From Neoconidiobolus thromboides FSU 785 (Eukaryota; Fungi; Entomophthoromycota), in the NCBI GenBank assembly GCA_025603075.1, contig MU626334.1, positions 28,921 to 92,920 on the forward strand: 64,000 bases of DNA, in the 5' to 3' direction. The position numbers were made by a program, and so were the translations under genes. Position 1 is the stretch's first letter. Every line of letters begins with the position of its first letter. Shown one piece after another: positions 26,210 to 40,200 of this stretch. Under the pieces are notes generated by a model, which did no database searches, had not been told where the DNA came from, and saw nothing but the letters and a program-made list of their open reading frames with translations.

Positions 26210-29200
26210 ATGGAGAATTTAAGTTTACAAACTTCACCAACATCGGAAGATTTATTATTAAGTATTGAAAAAGAAAAAGAAGAATTAAAAAAATTAAAAA
26301 AAGTAATAGCTTTATTTTACTTTATTTATATTAATGTATACTAACCCATTTTCTTTATTATTTCTCTAGGATTTAGATCAATTTAAACTTCAAAACAAAC
26401 GATTATTAAATCGCCATCAACGTATTATAGATGGTCAAGAATGGGAAGATGCATTGAATAATTTAAAACAAGTATCTCAAACAAAACTTGATGGTATGAA
26501 TCTAGTTAGTGGAAAACTATCTTATAAAAGACCGTCTAAAGAAAATTTAAATGGTTCCTTAGGTTTAATATCTAATAGTAAAGCTGACTTGTTTATTAAG
26601 CCATTAGACCCAGCTACAATTATAAATGATTTAGATAATAATATTAATAATGTTAAAAATCAAAATTTAAGTCCAATATTACATTATATTTCTTTGCCTG
26701 AAATAACAGAATCAACTCCTAATTCCAGAGATATGGATTCTACTGATACTTCCAATTCTTCTAATGAAATAGAAAATGATTTACCTCTATTACGTCAAAA
26801 TCAATATAATCATCATCATAATTTCCAGTATCGAAACACAATAGCCATTGAAATGAAAGAAAATCCCATTGAAGAAGAAGAAGAAGAAGAGAATTTTTAT
26901 GATGCTAATTTACAAGTATCTAATTTAACTCAAAGACAAGCTACTTCTTTACCTACATCACCCAATTTAAATTATTCTACTTTATCTAATGAAGTTAATA
27001 GTCAGGATGATATCAATCATCATCAAGATGATCACCTTTCTTTATCTTCTTCATCACAAACTTCAATGGATTATTCATATTATGAAGATTTAAGTGAAGC
27101 CGATGATTTTTTATCTATTAATTCACAATATGAGCAAGGAGAAGAAGAATTAATAGAAACTTCAGAAGAAGAAGAAGAAGAAGAAATTCAACAACATATG
27201 TTAAGTAATATAAATGAACAATCTAGTCCCTCTTTGATTTTAAGTTCTTCATCTACATTAAGTGTACCACAATCTATCATTCATAATGATAAACCCTATT
27301 TTGATGAAACTGTACAAACACCAATGTTAATTTCAGATAACATCACAGAGAATTGTACATCTTCTTCAAATCCTACACCTTTATTGGAACTTAATGATCA
27401 AAAGATAAAAGAAGAGGAAGAAGAAAAAGAAGAAGAAGAAGAATTATATTCATTTGATAACTTAAATCCAAATCCATTAAATCCATTAGGAACCAATTTA
27501 CATAAAAGACAAAAATCGAAATTTTCCATTTATAGTGCATCTACTTATCTTTCATGTAATGAAAACGAAAGTGAATTTGAAATTCAAGACGAGGATTCGG
27601 AAGTTTTTAATGACTGTGAGGAAATTGTAGATAAAAAAGAAATCTTTGAAGAAGAAGAAGAAGAAGAAGAAGAAGAAGAAGAAGAAGAAATTGGAATTTC
27701 TATTAGTAGAGTCAATACAATAACAAAAGAAAATTTAATTGATTTGGAAACGCCAAAAAAGCTACCAATGAATTTAATAAAACCTATAGAAATTGAAACA
27801 AATTCATATCCCATTGATATCGAGCTACAAAATGATATAATGAATAATAATGAGTTAAGTACTGCCTTAGACAATTTAAATTCAACTGAAGAAAAAAGAC
27901 AAAGTTTTGATAATAGTTTAGGTTTAAACTCCAATGTTAATGATATTGAAGATGGTAGTATTAATTTTCGATTAAGTTTAGGTTCTCTAAAAGAAGAATT
28001 AAACAATATGGTAACTAAATTAGAATACAAACCAAGTTTAAATTTTCAATTAAGTGGTAGTAATAATAATATGGAAAAACAAAACTATTTAAGATCTGGT
28101 CAATCTACTTTAACTAGCGCTTCTATCCTTTATCTAAATGAAAGAGATTCTAATAGAAATTCAAAAGATAGTCATTTTTTAAACAACAATAATAATGAAT
28201 CAACTACTTCTTTTATTAATGAACAAATTTTAGATAGTAATCATTGTCAACTATTATTAAATGATAATACGAACAATAATAATAACTATAATAATAGCTA
28301 TAATGATAATACAATTGAATTGACTACTTCAGATATTAACATTAACTCAAAGAATAATAATGATTTAATTGAATTTAGTCCCTTAAATTTTGATAGTCCA
28401 AAGAATGAAGTTATATCATCGTCAATTAATCAACACTGCACTAAAGAATCTTTATCTTCATTACATGAATTAATGTTTAATAAAGCATTTAAAAATCAAT
28501 CTCAACAAACCTCATCGAATTATGATAATAATACAGAAACTAAAGAAGAATCTAATATAATTGGAGATGCTACTATTACGCCTAAAAGGTTAAAAGAAAA
28601 ATTAAATTATTTACCACCATTAGAAAAAAGTAATTTATTAAAAGATGTATTAACTATATTTGATGAAACTAGTCAACAATTAAATAATAAAGAAGAAATT
28701 ATTAAAGAAAGTAATAATAATAATAATAATAATAATTTTATTCAACAAGATACTTTTCAAACAAATAGTTTAAGTTATCACACGATTAAAAATTTTAATA
28801 GTTATGATGTAAATTTAAAGAGTAACACAATTCATATTAATAAACTAAATCATAAATTATCAAAATCAAAATTGGGATTGAAGTTAACTAAATCTTTAGA
28901 TAATCAAAATAATGAATTAAATACAATGTATGAATTAAATAGTTTAAAAGGGAAAGGAAAATCAAGTATCTTCAGTAAAACACCAACAAGTAGTTTAAGA
29001 AATAAATTATTAAAATTTAAAAGTAGCCAATCAAATTTATCTATGGTAAATAAATTTCAACATAATAATTTACATCAACATAAAGAAAACAATATTAAAT
29101 CCAGTTCAAATTTAAGTTTAATTAAAAAATTCAAAAAAATGATGTTATTTAAAGATAAACAAATGACTATATCAACTACAGGTGCTTATCGATTATTTCA

Positions 29201-30887
29201 ATTTTCAAGTTTTAAGAATCATCCCTATCAAGCACCCTTAATTGCTAGTGGAGATGAAATATCAGCTAAATTATTAAGTAGTAAGAATGCCTATGTTTTA
29301 GAATGTGAATATTCTATCTTTCTTTGGTTTGGTAAAGATAGTAATGATCAATATCAAAGAGAAGCTTCAAGATTTGCTGGTGTAAGTATTAATAATATAT
29401 AATATTTATACTTATTTTAATGTTAATGTTAATCTTAATATTTATTTTAGTCATTATTAAAAAGTTCTCGTCCTGAATTACCAGCCCATCATACTATTCG
29501 TGTAGAATTTGAAGGTAGTGAACATTCCAATTTTACTAGTAAATTTAAAGATTGGGATGAATTAAATGAAATGAAAGATAGTTTAACTGGCTTAAAATCA
29601 GACCAAAGTAAGTTAATTAAAAGAATTTATAATTATTTATATAAAATATATTTATTAATATATAATTTAATTTAATTAGATATTAATCATAATAATCTAT
29701 TAAAAATATATCAAACGACATATCATGATCCTTTGAATGAATTAGATGAACATACATTTGTATCTTTAAAAATATGGTTAATGAAAAATCAAGATGAGCA
29801 TTTAGAATTAAATGAACGTGAATTTGGTATATTTTATAGTAATGAATCTTATATATTATTATATCATTATAAAGATTCTTATCAAATGGATCATCATATT
29901 ATATTTTATTGGATTGGCTATCATTCTAAAAGAGCAAAAGAACCAATATTACCACCTAGTAAAGTAGCTTTAGATAATAATGTAGAAGCATTAATGGTAC
30001 AAATATTACAAGGAAAAGAACCGTCTTTATTTATGAAATTATTTAATGGAATATTGATAACAAAATGGGGAAATCGTCGTAATCAACTATGTAATCCTAA
30101 TGAAAAAGTAATGTATCATGTAATAGGTCAACAATCAGATCATATTAAAGTTGAACAAACTTCATGTCATAGTAAATATTTATGTTCTGGACATTCATTC
30201 ATATTTATTTATAAAGAAAAAGTATATATCTGGCATGGAATTGGTAGTTTTTTATTTGAAAGATTAGCTGCAGTTAATGCTAGTAAAAAATTAGCCCCAC
30301 CTCATTATCAATTACAAGAAATTCGAGAAAAATTAGAACCTAAGAAGTTTTTTAATTTAATTGGGGAAAGAAGTGATTATGCTGATGCTTTACAATGGGC
30401 AAGAAAACCTTTTTTATTAGGTCAATATAAAGTTCGATGTTTTGAATTGAAATTGAATGTAGATTTACAAACATGTAATATAATTGAAATTTATAACTTT
30501 CATCAAAGTGATTTGAAATTAAATAAGATCATCTTATTAGATACTTATTTTGATTTATTTATATGGTTTAAATATTCAATTAATCAAGATCAATTAAATT
30601 GGATTAATTATTTAAATATGAGTATGGAATATACTAATTTAATTAATTTAAAAGAAAATCGACCTTTTAAATTGAAACCTATTATGGTACTTCCAGGTCA
30701 TGAACCCTTAGAATTTATTGCTCAATTTCCTGGATGGTCTGGACCTTTTGATTTATTTAAAAAAAATCCTATGTTTAAACCTACTACGTTAAAGAGGAAA
30801 CAATCTGTTTACGCACTTCCAGTTGAATATATATTGGCTAAATTAGGTGCTAATCCTTCTCCTTATCAATCTAAAACATTATTTTAA
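26210..30887 (+). CDS. Gelsolin/villin-repeat protein with ~920-aa acidic low-complexity N-terminus, 4 exons (26210..26302, 26370..29381, 29451..29607, 29680..30887), ~1489 aa
   Basis: The manual exon joins stay in frame. Gelsolin-repeat motifs LLSSKNAYVLECEYSIFLWFG, EGSEHSNFTSKFKDW, FYSNESYILLYHY..IIFYWIG, QGKEPSLFMKLF, LCSGHSFIF..VYIWHG, IILLDTYFDLFIWF, GHEPLEFIAQFPGW. Confidence 0.8.
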
Positions 30888-31115
30888 ATAATTTAAATTG
30901 ATTTTCTTATCTTTTCTTATTTTTTATGTAATAGTTATTTTATTCGCATTATTATTTAATTAAAAAAATATTATTTTTATTTATTATATTATTTTAAATT
31001 ATTTCTTTAAATTATTTCTTTAAATTTTATATTATATAAAAAATAAAGATTTAGATTAATTATTAAAATTAAAAAAAATTCCATATTTGATATCTGGAAT
31101 TATTACTAATTTATT

Positions 31116-31222
31116 AAATGGGGGTGTTTTTTTTAGTTTCATTACTTTTCTCTATTTTTAAGCGCTATTTGAGTAGAAAAGCTATTAGTAAAATTCTTAA
31201 ACAAAAAAATACATCCCCAAAT
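31116..31222 (+). mobile_element. MITE copy, TSD AAAT/AAAT
   Basis: AAAT-GGGGGTGTTTTTTTTAGTTTCATT...AAAAATACATCCCC-AAAT. Confidence 0.95.
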
Positions 31223-31573
31223 GTTCTTATTAATAAATTAAATTAATAAATCAATTAAAAGAAGTAAAAAGTAAATTAAAAGTAATGATTGATAAAACAA
31301 AATAATTGTTATATAGAATTATTAATGAATCAATATAATATTAATAAACAAATTGTAGTAATAATAATAAATATATCTTTTATTTTTTAACATTTGATAG
31401 TTCAATTATTTACTTCTATCAATTTTATATTTTAATTAAGTTTTCGATTCCATTTATAAAAAAATAATTATAGAACATATTTAAATTAAAAATGAAATAA
31501 AAATGAAATTGTTCTTTACTTTTATTTCCCATTGATTTCATTTTAATTATTGATTAATTAAAATCAAATAAAT

Positions 31574-32458
31574 ATGCTACTCCTTCTAACGCTATTAATG
31601 AGCTATTTTCATTTCATCAATTCCACCAAATCATGTCAATCCTCTGGTAGTGTCTCTATTATCATGGATTCTACTATTTCTAGTTTACAGGATATAACTT
31701 CAATATTAGAAGAAAATCAATATAAAAGTAGTATTTTTTATTCAACTACGAACTTAAGGTTTGGACTAACTAGTGAACAACAAGAAATATTAAAGAGTCA
31801 ATTCCATGCTGGTCATGAAATCGGGATAAAATTGGAATTAAATAATAATGAGAAGGCAGTAGATAAAGAGATCTTAACTAATCAAAAGAAAATTCATTCC
31901 ATAATTCAAAGATATCCAAAATTCATTATGTATCTAGAAGCTATAAAAGAAGTTATAAAGCCAACATTATCTATTCTCAATTTAATCTCAATAACACCTA
32001 ACTTATCAATTGAAGATATACAATCCGATCAATTACTTACTTTATTTGATAAATATGATTCAAGTGAAACTTCCTTTATTTTAGATTTGTCGAATAATAA
32101 TATAAGTTTATTAAAATTTAATCAATTAATTGAAAATATTAAAAAGAATGGGTTTACTGTTATTCCATTGAGTCAATGTCTAGGGGAGTCCTCTAGTTAT
32201 AATTTCAATTTATTAGATATTGATATTAATAATAAAGATGATACTGAAAAAGAAGAAAAGAATATTTCAAGTAAAGAAGTTATGAATATAAAAGAAGATA
32301 GTGACGAAAGACAAATGTATGAAATAGAAGAGAAAATTATACCAAGTAAGATAGTTCGCTTAAAATTTTTTGGAAATAAATATTCCACATTGTCTGAAGC
32401 AGAAGTTAAAGTTAATAAAAACTTAAAAAAACCCAAGAAAAAATATAGGAAAGAGTAA
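31574..32458 (+). CDS. Secreted NodB/CE4 (chitin deacetylase)-like protein lacking catalytic motifs
   Basis: Signal peptide; VSIIMD..ILEENQYKSSIFY..ILKSQFHAGHEIG..IIQRYPKFI follows the CE4 motif order (TFDDGP, KATFF, GHEIG-HxxxH, RPPY) but the key residues are missing. Confidence 0.6.
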   Translation: MLLLLTLLMSYFHFINSTKSCQSSGSVSIIMDSTISSLQDITSILEENQYKSSIFYSTTNLRFGLTSEQQEILKSQFHAGHEIGIKLELNNNEKAVDKEILTNQKKIHSIIQRYPKFIMYLEAIKEVIKPTLSILNLISITPNLSIEDIQSDQLLTLFDKYDSSETSFILDLSNNNISLLKFNQLIENIKKNGFTVIPLSQCLGESSSYNFNLLDIDINNKDDTEKEEKNISSKEVMNIKEDSDERQMYEIEEKIIPSKIVRLKFFGNKYSTLSEAEVKVNKNLKKPKKKYRKE

Positions 32459-35374
32459 GAAAGAATGAAGAGGTGAGAAGATGTCAATTTAGGGATATAA
32501 TTAATAATAAAAAACCATCTTAATGAATGAAAAATAATTAAAGTTAAAAGTTAAAAGTTAATTCTTTGTTATTATAAATTTATATAATTTAATTATATAT
32601 TATTATAGTTTATAATATATGAAGTTATTTTTCATTTTAATTTTTATTCATTTTATATATAGCATTGACATTGAATGATTTGTTAGTAAAATGAATAATA
32701 AAAAGATATTAGAATATGAATTTTGATACTCAAACTCATACAAAAAGTACACCAAATCATGGAACCTATCTAATTTATGTATTCATTTAAAATAATAGAA
32801 ATCTATAATGCGCCTTTGATTCTCTTCTCTATACTTGACTGAAGTTATCTTTAAAGTAACTTTTTGCAAATTTTTACTACTTTGTTTTATGACTTAATTA
32901 TTGACCCTATTAAATAAAACCAATTTTTCATTAAATTTCTTTGCATTATATTTATTAAGAATTATTTGATCTGTAGTAGGACCTAAAATAACATCAGTAG
33001 TAGCCAAAATTTCCCCCAACATGTGGAATGCTATCAAAACCAAGAGTTAAAGTATATCTCATCTATTTTAAAGCTTAATTATCATAAGCCATTTTAGAAA
33101 TATTGATTAATAGTAAATTGATAAGGCAAGAAGCTAAAGCAGATGATTTATAATTTTCTCTACTTACAGTACAATAAATACCACAATCCCTATCATAAGC
33201 AGTGATTCAAGGCCCACAGTTTGATTTAGTTTCTGAAATTGATATTAACTCAAATTACTAGAATTATATTGTATAGCTGTAGTTCTTAACATATCATTAG
33301 CTAGAGGGCAAAATTTTCAATGCCTAACAAATGGTTATCCGATTGAATAGTTCGGAGCTTTACTATGATATAATTGAAATCTTCAATTCTAGGGACCACA
33401 TACAAATAACCTTCCTCTTTGTTTGAAGGTCGAAGTTCCATAATGTTTAAATTTTTTATGACATGAATAGAATTTGTGATCTTAATTAAAAAATTATCAG
33501 TACAATATTGACGACATGTTATATAACATGATTTAAAATCACGAAAAGAGCTCTTTCCTTCATACTATTCAACAGATTTACTAATGATTTCTTTTCCTAC
33601 TATTGATAATTATATTGATACTTTGGTAGTATATCTACTCCAAATTATACTATATTATGGTCAATTTTATGATAAATCTTATCTAAATAAGTCAATCCAA
33701 ATAAATTTTTATCTACAATAGTAATAATAATAAAAAATAAGACCGATAAAGTTAAAAACATCTGGTTTTCTTAAATCTGTTTGATACATTTTAGTTTTAT
33801 ATATAGTTTTCTTCCAAATACTTTGAATATTAATTATAAATCAAACATGATAATTTACTTATTAATATATTAAAATATAAGACTGATTACAATCTTATAA
33901 AAATTCTTGTATATATCGTAGAAGACTTCATACCTAGTTAAAATATTATTTGATACATTATTTTATCTTTTTATATCAACTGATTTATTAAGTTTATGTC
34001 AAATTGCTTATAATCCTTTGATTCTAACGATTATTCGATTTTCTAATTTTTATGAGTGCTCAAATTATTCTATATGCACAGCAGTTATGATTATTTCTAA
34101 AATAATTAAACTACAGCAAGGAATAAAGATAAAACAAAAAGTAGCCCAACTACCTAGGCTCAACTATAAAAAATTCCTATTCCTATAATTTGTTTTATTA
34201 AATCATTATATAACATTTTTCATAACTAATCACCTTTTTTGAGGAAATTTGAGTAGTAAGAATATAGAAACATTACATTTTATTTTAGTTTACAAGGAAA
34301 ATGCTTACTTATAGACATGAATACTTGGTATTGTAACTAAAAACTTTTTATTGATTTTTAACCAAAAAAGGATGATTACCTATAAAATGACTCTGACTTA
34401 TATTCTGTTAAGATTGTAATAGTAGTGTATGTGAATATCTTTGTTTAATTTTTTATCCATTTTTTAAACAATAAAAAAGTTGAACAACTTATTAATCAAT
34501 GTTCAAATGAAGACACCTATATACTAAATTCTGTTTATTTATTTAAATATACCAATCCGAAAGGGAAAGTGTTAAAATTTGGTTATAAAAAATGAGCAAT
34601 CTAATTGAAATTTGAGAAGTAGTATAATATATAGACGCTATGATGAAGTTATAAAATTGGACCAATGAACTCCCTTAGAAGATCTGTTAGCGATAACTAT
34701 AAATGTTCGCATTCATTTATAGTCAAAGCGACTTACTCTAAAAAGAGAATATTGATTTAAGGTGATGGTGCTATATTGATTGAAATTTAATCAATAAAAA
34801 GCTTATGAAGAATCCAAATCATTGATGCTATAAAAAAGTAGTGAACAGATAAAGTGATATCAGTTAAAGCTCCTATTATAACAAAAAGAGAATAGCTCAA
34901 GCCTGAGAGTTAATAAAGTGACTTTTAATAAAGACTATTATGTATGATTTTCAAAAGAAGTGGTAGTATTTACAGCCAAAGAATCGGTGAGAAACTCTAT
35001 AATACACTTCTCTATATTCAAATAATTATCATTCCCTCATCATTGGCTCAAAACTATACAGTTATGCAAACGAAGTGTAGTTATCAAGAAGTACTCTCTA
35101 AATGACTGAATTAAGTTTAAGAGTAGTAATGTTTTATGTTTTATGTTTTTCCATTAAAATTGTAAATGAATCAAAACTTAGGCATCAGCATAAAATATTA
35201 GCATAAACTTAAACCAAGTATAATTTGTTCATATGAATAAATTTAATTATGAAATCCAATTTTAAATCATGCTAAAAATAAAATAAACTTCAGTTAGAAT
35301 TAATAATCAACTACAATTAAAAAAGATAGCTATAATTAAATTATATTACTCTTTTAACCCTTAATATATAATTA

Positions 35375-37072
35375 ATGGACTCCATTATAGTAGTGAGTAA
35401 TAAGGGGATGAAATTGGATAATAACTTTAAAAAAAAAGAAATAGCAATTAAGGAATATGTTCCCAATAAATTATTACCAGAATGGAAGTTAAAGGGTCGA
35501 TATATGGTTTATAGTAGTAAAAGGAAGGATAAGAACTCAAAAGAAAACAAAAACACAGAGTCTAAAGAAAAGCAGAAGACTCAAGAACAACAAATATTAC
35601 CTGAGTATAGAGTAATAAACCAAATAAATAGTAATTTATGTAATTGGAAGTGCATAGCGTTATTTAAATCAATTTTGAAAGAAACAGTGGAAATGGAAGG
35701 GGAACAACAAATTTATATTAAAAAAGATAGTAGTTTTGAATATTTTGGTAAAAACCCAGTTGGCAATTTAATTATCAATTATTTTTCATTAAACCTAATC
35801 AATAATAAAAGGAAAAAGAAATTAAAACTAAAACAGTTTAATGAAGTTAAGTTGATCAACTTGAGGGTTATTAATCGATCTAACTTAAATGTGAAATGGT
35901 TTGAAAGTGAATGTATTGATGCTTATTTTGATTATTTCAATCCTTATTTTCCAGTGGTCGATGAAATTGCATTTCGTAACAAACCTAATGAACTACTAAA
36001 AAAAGTAGTAATAGGAATGGGGTATAAATATATACCAAATTTAAAATATGATAATGAAATATTACAACAATTGGACAGTAAGTTAATTGATTTATTTTTA
36101 AATAGCTATTTTAAACCTAGTATCTCTTTAGTCCAAAGTTTAGTATTAATTACCAATTTTCAAGTATTATTGAGTTTAATAGATAAATTTTGGTATTTTC
36201 AGAATAGTTCTATAAAATTAAGTATTATGTTAGGTTTAAATAAAAATATACCAAAATCATTAAATTTAAATAAAAGAATGATAAGATATCGCTATCATCT
36301 TTGGTGGGGTAGTTGTATTCACGATAAATACTATTCACTAGCACTAAATCGACCAACTTCCATTCAACCGGAAGATTGGTATTTACCTTATCCTAAAATT
36401 ATAAACTTGAATAGATTGCCTGATATTCCTACCTCAATTCAAAAAAAGGAAATAAGAGAAATAGCTTCAGGTATGTATTGGCGATGGATGGCTTTATTAA
36501 CAGAAATCATTGGATATATAAAAATATATCGTAATAAAAGGGAGAGTGAAGATGTCGATTTATTACAAAAAGAATTAGATTGGATCTTAAAGAAAGTAGA
36601 AAAAAGTATTAATTATTTTAAAAATATAATGCAACGTATTTATTCTAATCAACCAAAATGGGTCTATAATATATGTATTATATTTGTTTTATATATAATT
36701 AAATTTTCCAACTCATTAATAATAGAAGTAATTAATTTATATATTAAATTACCCTTAGCAAGAAAAGTGAGTTATTACGAAAAAATAGCTATCAATTCAG
36801 CTATACAAATTCTTAATGCCACAGGTGAATTAGGAGAAGTATTTTGTAAATATGGGGTACCTTTTAGATTTATTAGTTTAGGGAATGCAATCCTTGTTTT
36901 AGCTACTAAATTATGCTCTGAAAATTCAAAAGATTTAGCTTATTCAGAAAAAGAATTGAAAACATTAATCGAAAAAGGATTGGAATATTTAAATAATGCT
37001 TCTCCTTATAATCCAATTGTTAAAGAAGTTATGAAAGTTATTACTGATCTTATTGAACTTCCGGATTCTTAA
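35375..37072 (+). CDS. Fungal-specific transcription factor (Fungal_trans / middle homology) domain protein, no Zn2Cys6 cluster seen
   Basis: IDAYFDYFNPYFPVVDEIAF and SIKLSIMLGLNK..RYHLWWGSCIHDKYYSLALNRPTSIQPEDWYLPYP. Confidence 0.8.
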   Translation: MDSIIVVSNKGMKLDNNFKKKEIAIKEYVPNKLLPEWKLKGRYMVYSSKRKDKNSKENKNTESKEKQKTQEQQILPEYRVINQINSNLCNWKCIALFKSILKETVEMEGEQQIYIKKDSSFEYFGKNPVGNLIINYFSLNLINNKRKKKLKLKQFNEVKLINLRVINRSNLNVKWFESECIDAYFDYFNPYFPVVDEIAFRNKPNELLKKVVIGMGYKYIPNLKYDNEILQQLDSKLIDLFLNSYFKPSISLVQSLVLITNFQVLLSLIDKFWYFQNSSIKLSIMLGLNKNIPKSLNLNKRMIRYRYHLWWGSCIHDKYYSLALNRPTSIQPEDWYLPYPKIINLNRLPDIPTSIQKKEIREIASGMYWRWMALLTEIIGYIKIYRNKRESEDVDLLQKELDWILKKVEKSINYFKNIMQRIYSNQPKWVYNICIIFVLYIIKFSNSLIIEVINLYIKLPLARKVSYYEKIAINSAIQILNATGELGEVFCKYGVPFRFISLGNAILVLATKLCSENSKDLAYSEKELKTLIEKGLEYLNNASPYNPIVKEVMKVITDLIELPDS

Positions 37073-37214
37073 AGCATACTCTTTTGTAATACTATTTATT
37101 TGCATTATTTTATAATAAATTTCAATTATTCTATTTATTATTAAATTATTATTTTTGTCAAAAATTAAAATTTATTAAAAAAAGTAAAGATAAAAAGTGT
37201 TAAGATCAACTTAT

Positions 37215-40200
37215 TCAAACATTGTTAAAACCATCAACCTTTTCCAAAAGAGCATCCAATTGAGCTTGGATTTCCAATCTAGCTTTACGTTCGTTTTCCA
37301 ATTTAACTTCAAATTCTTCTCTCAAAGCTAGCATTTCCTTTTGTACAAACTCTTTTAATTTTTCTTGTAAAGAAGGTACAGGAGAACGTTGCTGTTCAGG
37401 CTTATTTTTTATTTGATCCGCAAAGTTATTACGAATACTAGAGAATCGGTTTGCAATTGAACTAGATTGTAATTCAGATTTATTCATAGCTTCAGTATTA
37501 TTTTCTTCTTCTTTATGGTGTGAATTAAACCTTGCAAGTACTGGTTTAGTTGGCAATTTAGGTGCTCCAGCTAATCCAGCAAATGGGGTAGCTATTTTAT
37601 TATGTCTACCAAGAGAGCCTCCTTTAGTTGTTTCTTCTTTAGCTAACTCGTCCATTGAAGTTTCCTTCTTAACTTCAGGTACAGTCTCCTAAAAAATCAT
37701 AAAAACCATGTAGACTAATATCAGAATAATAGTTTTACCTCCTCTTCTTCTCTAATAGCTTTTTCTAAGCTATCCGAAAGAGTGGGTTCTGCTTTTTTAC
37801 GGTTACGACGCCCAGGTGTCTTTGAACCTGTTGGTCTACCAACTGAAAGTACTTTAATATTTGGACTTTGGCTGGTTTCTCCAAGTTTAGATAATAAAGA
37901 AGCTGGTTCTTCATCTTCCGTTACTTCTATATCTTGGGCATTCAAAATTTCAACTTTCTTTTCAGTGATTTCCTCTTCAACTACATTTTGATTAATTTGT
38001 TCACCATTCTCTTCTCTATCTTGTTCCTTATCAGTAGCTAAATGCTCAGCTGTTACAATTTCCATTGATGAAGTTAAAGGATTATCATTTTTAGTAGAAA
38101 TTATGTCTTCTTCTATTAATTAAATATTAATTTTGATTATATCATCTAATATATTTATGATTACCTTGAGTTAGTTCATTAACCTGAATATCATGGTTGT
38201 CCTGTGATGTGTTCTAAAACTATTGTTACCATCAAATTTGTACATTTTTTACAAATCAATAATACCTTATTCAAGCTATCATTCACCTTTACTTCTTGTT
38301 CTACTTCACTTTCGTCCTCAATTTCAGCCTTAACTGATTCTGGAGACTTAATCATAACAAATTCTTCTGCATTAGTATCTTTAATATCTCTTTTAACTAC
38401 TTCGGGTTTAGTTAAATTCAAATTATTTTCCATTCCATCAGTAGAAATAGCACGAAGGACTGGTTTATACTCAGATTGAGTTAATGATGCTGGATAAGGA
38501 AGGGATACACTTTCCTTTAAATTAGTTGGAGAGGATTGAATACCTGAAAATAGACTCTGTTCGTTTGATTCATATTCTTCCTCTTCATCTAAATCTTCTA
38601 TAACTTCCTCTAACTCCTTAGGTGAAGTTATACTTTCTTTTGGTCTTTCTTCATCGATTTTGTTTTTATTCTCGAATCCTTCTTCCTCTTCTTCCTCTTC
38701 TTCTTCGTATATTTCATCGATAGGAACTGGAATGATTATTAATAACTCAAAGCTAACATAAAACAAATATAATATTACCACTTCTAATTTCCGGTAAAGT
38801 AGGTTTTTCAGCTAAAGGAAGAGAATTAAGGAAACCAGCACCTTCATGAGAAGTACTTAATTTAGGTAAACCATAATTAATTACATTATCGAAACCTTCT
38901 CTATCAATATCAACAACAGCAGGTAATGGTCTACTATCCGGTGGTGCATTGATTTGAACAACATTGCTGTTGATATAATTTGAAGTTACTGCTCTTACAT
39001 CTGCAGGTATACCTTGATTTTCTTTGATTACATTATCAAATTCATTAGCCTCAGTAAAAAAAGGTTCGGCTGCTTTCTTGGTTTCATTACTTACTTTATC
39101 ATACGAATCTTCTCGCTTAACTTCTTTAGTAAGATGGGTCTAATTTTTTATGGTTAATTTAAACTTATGATAATTTTTGTAAAAACTTGCTTCAATTGGA
39201 GAACTAGTAGAAGGTTTAGGAGAATGTCCAGTATTAGAACGACGTAATTGAGGAAGTCCACCGGTGGCAAAAAGACCACCTAACCCACCCTTTTTTACTC
39301 CATAAGCAGCGAGCTTAAAGCCTAAAAAATTTAATTACTTGAATTTATTATATAAATAATAGCACCTTTTCCAGGACTTGGATCTTCTTCTTTTAAGCCT
39401 GGTGAGGTTTCATTAGTTAATTTAACAGCCTTTAAAAAACAAATATTAATATCAAATTGTAAATAACGCATATGATTAAATTACGCTTGGTGGGAAATAA
39501 CCAATCTTCCCATGATAATCTCCTTTCCAATACTCTTCTCCTTGTTCAAGCACACTCAATACATCACCAGCAATTAAAGTAAGTTCACCTTGAGTTTGAG
39601 CTGTATAATCTGTTATAATCTCTGCCAAACAAATTTTATCATTCTTAAATGATATTAGAAGGTTATACTAAGCAATTGAGCTAATAATTACCTTTTCTTC
39701 CAAATTTTCTAGTTTATCTTCAGCTGCATCTTCATTTATAACTTCGGATGATTCCTCTTTACTAATGTTATCAAATATTTTTGGACTAATTTGTGGAATC
39801 TTTGGCATCCCTGGTATCGGCAAGATTGGCACCCCTCCTATAGGTTGCCTTGAAGAATGAGAGGAGGTTCTACTAATTGGCTCAAGCTCTTCTTTTTCCT
39901 CCATAATATCATTTACTTCTTCATTTATATAATTACTAATTGGTTGTGGCGTTTTATTCATTGGTGGTAGTGGAGGTAATACTGAAGATTTAGGCACCAT
40001 TGTTGAACTGAGAGGTAACGAACAGGTTAAGGGTACTGATGGTTTAGGTGGTGATGGTACAGAAGGCAACATCCCTGAATCTGGTGGCAATGGGATTGGG
40101 ATTTTTTGTTCGTTTACATTTTGTGCTTTATTTGCATTAAATCCTGTTGGAATTGGTGGTAAATTAGGCATCCTATTTTTTGGTATAGAAGGTAATTCTC

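Noticed and set aside
27584-28030. Ser-rich minus-strand ORF
   Set aside because: Antisense of the poly-GAA (Glu) tract in the gelsolin-repeat gene.
32197-32487. Minus-strand 96-aa ORF
   Set aside because: Antisense shadow of the CE4-like gene tail.
32950-35100. Patches of decayed coding-like sequence (e.g. CGP*ITAYDRDCGIYC on minus; TPLEDLLAITINVRIHL, vaguely Gag-like, on plus)
   Set aside because: Too short and stop-ridden to assign without a database search.
37782-38479. Plus-strand ORFs 37782..37991 and 38204..38479
   Set aside because: Antisense shadows of the SH3 adaptor exons.
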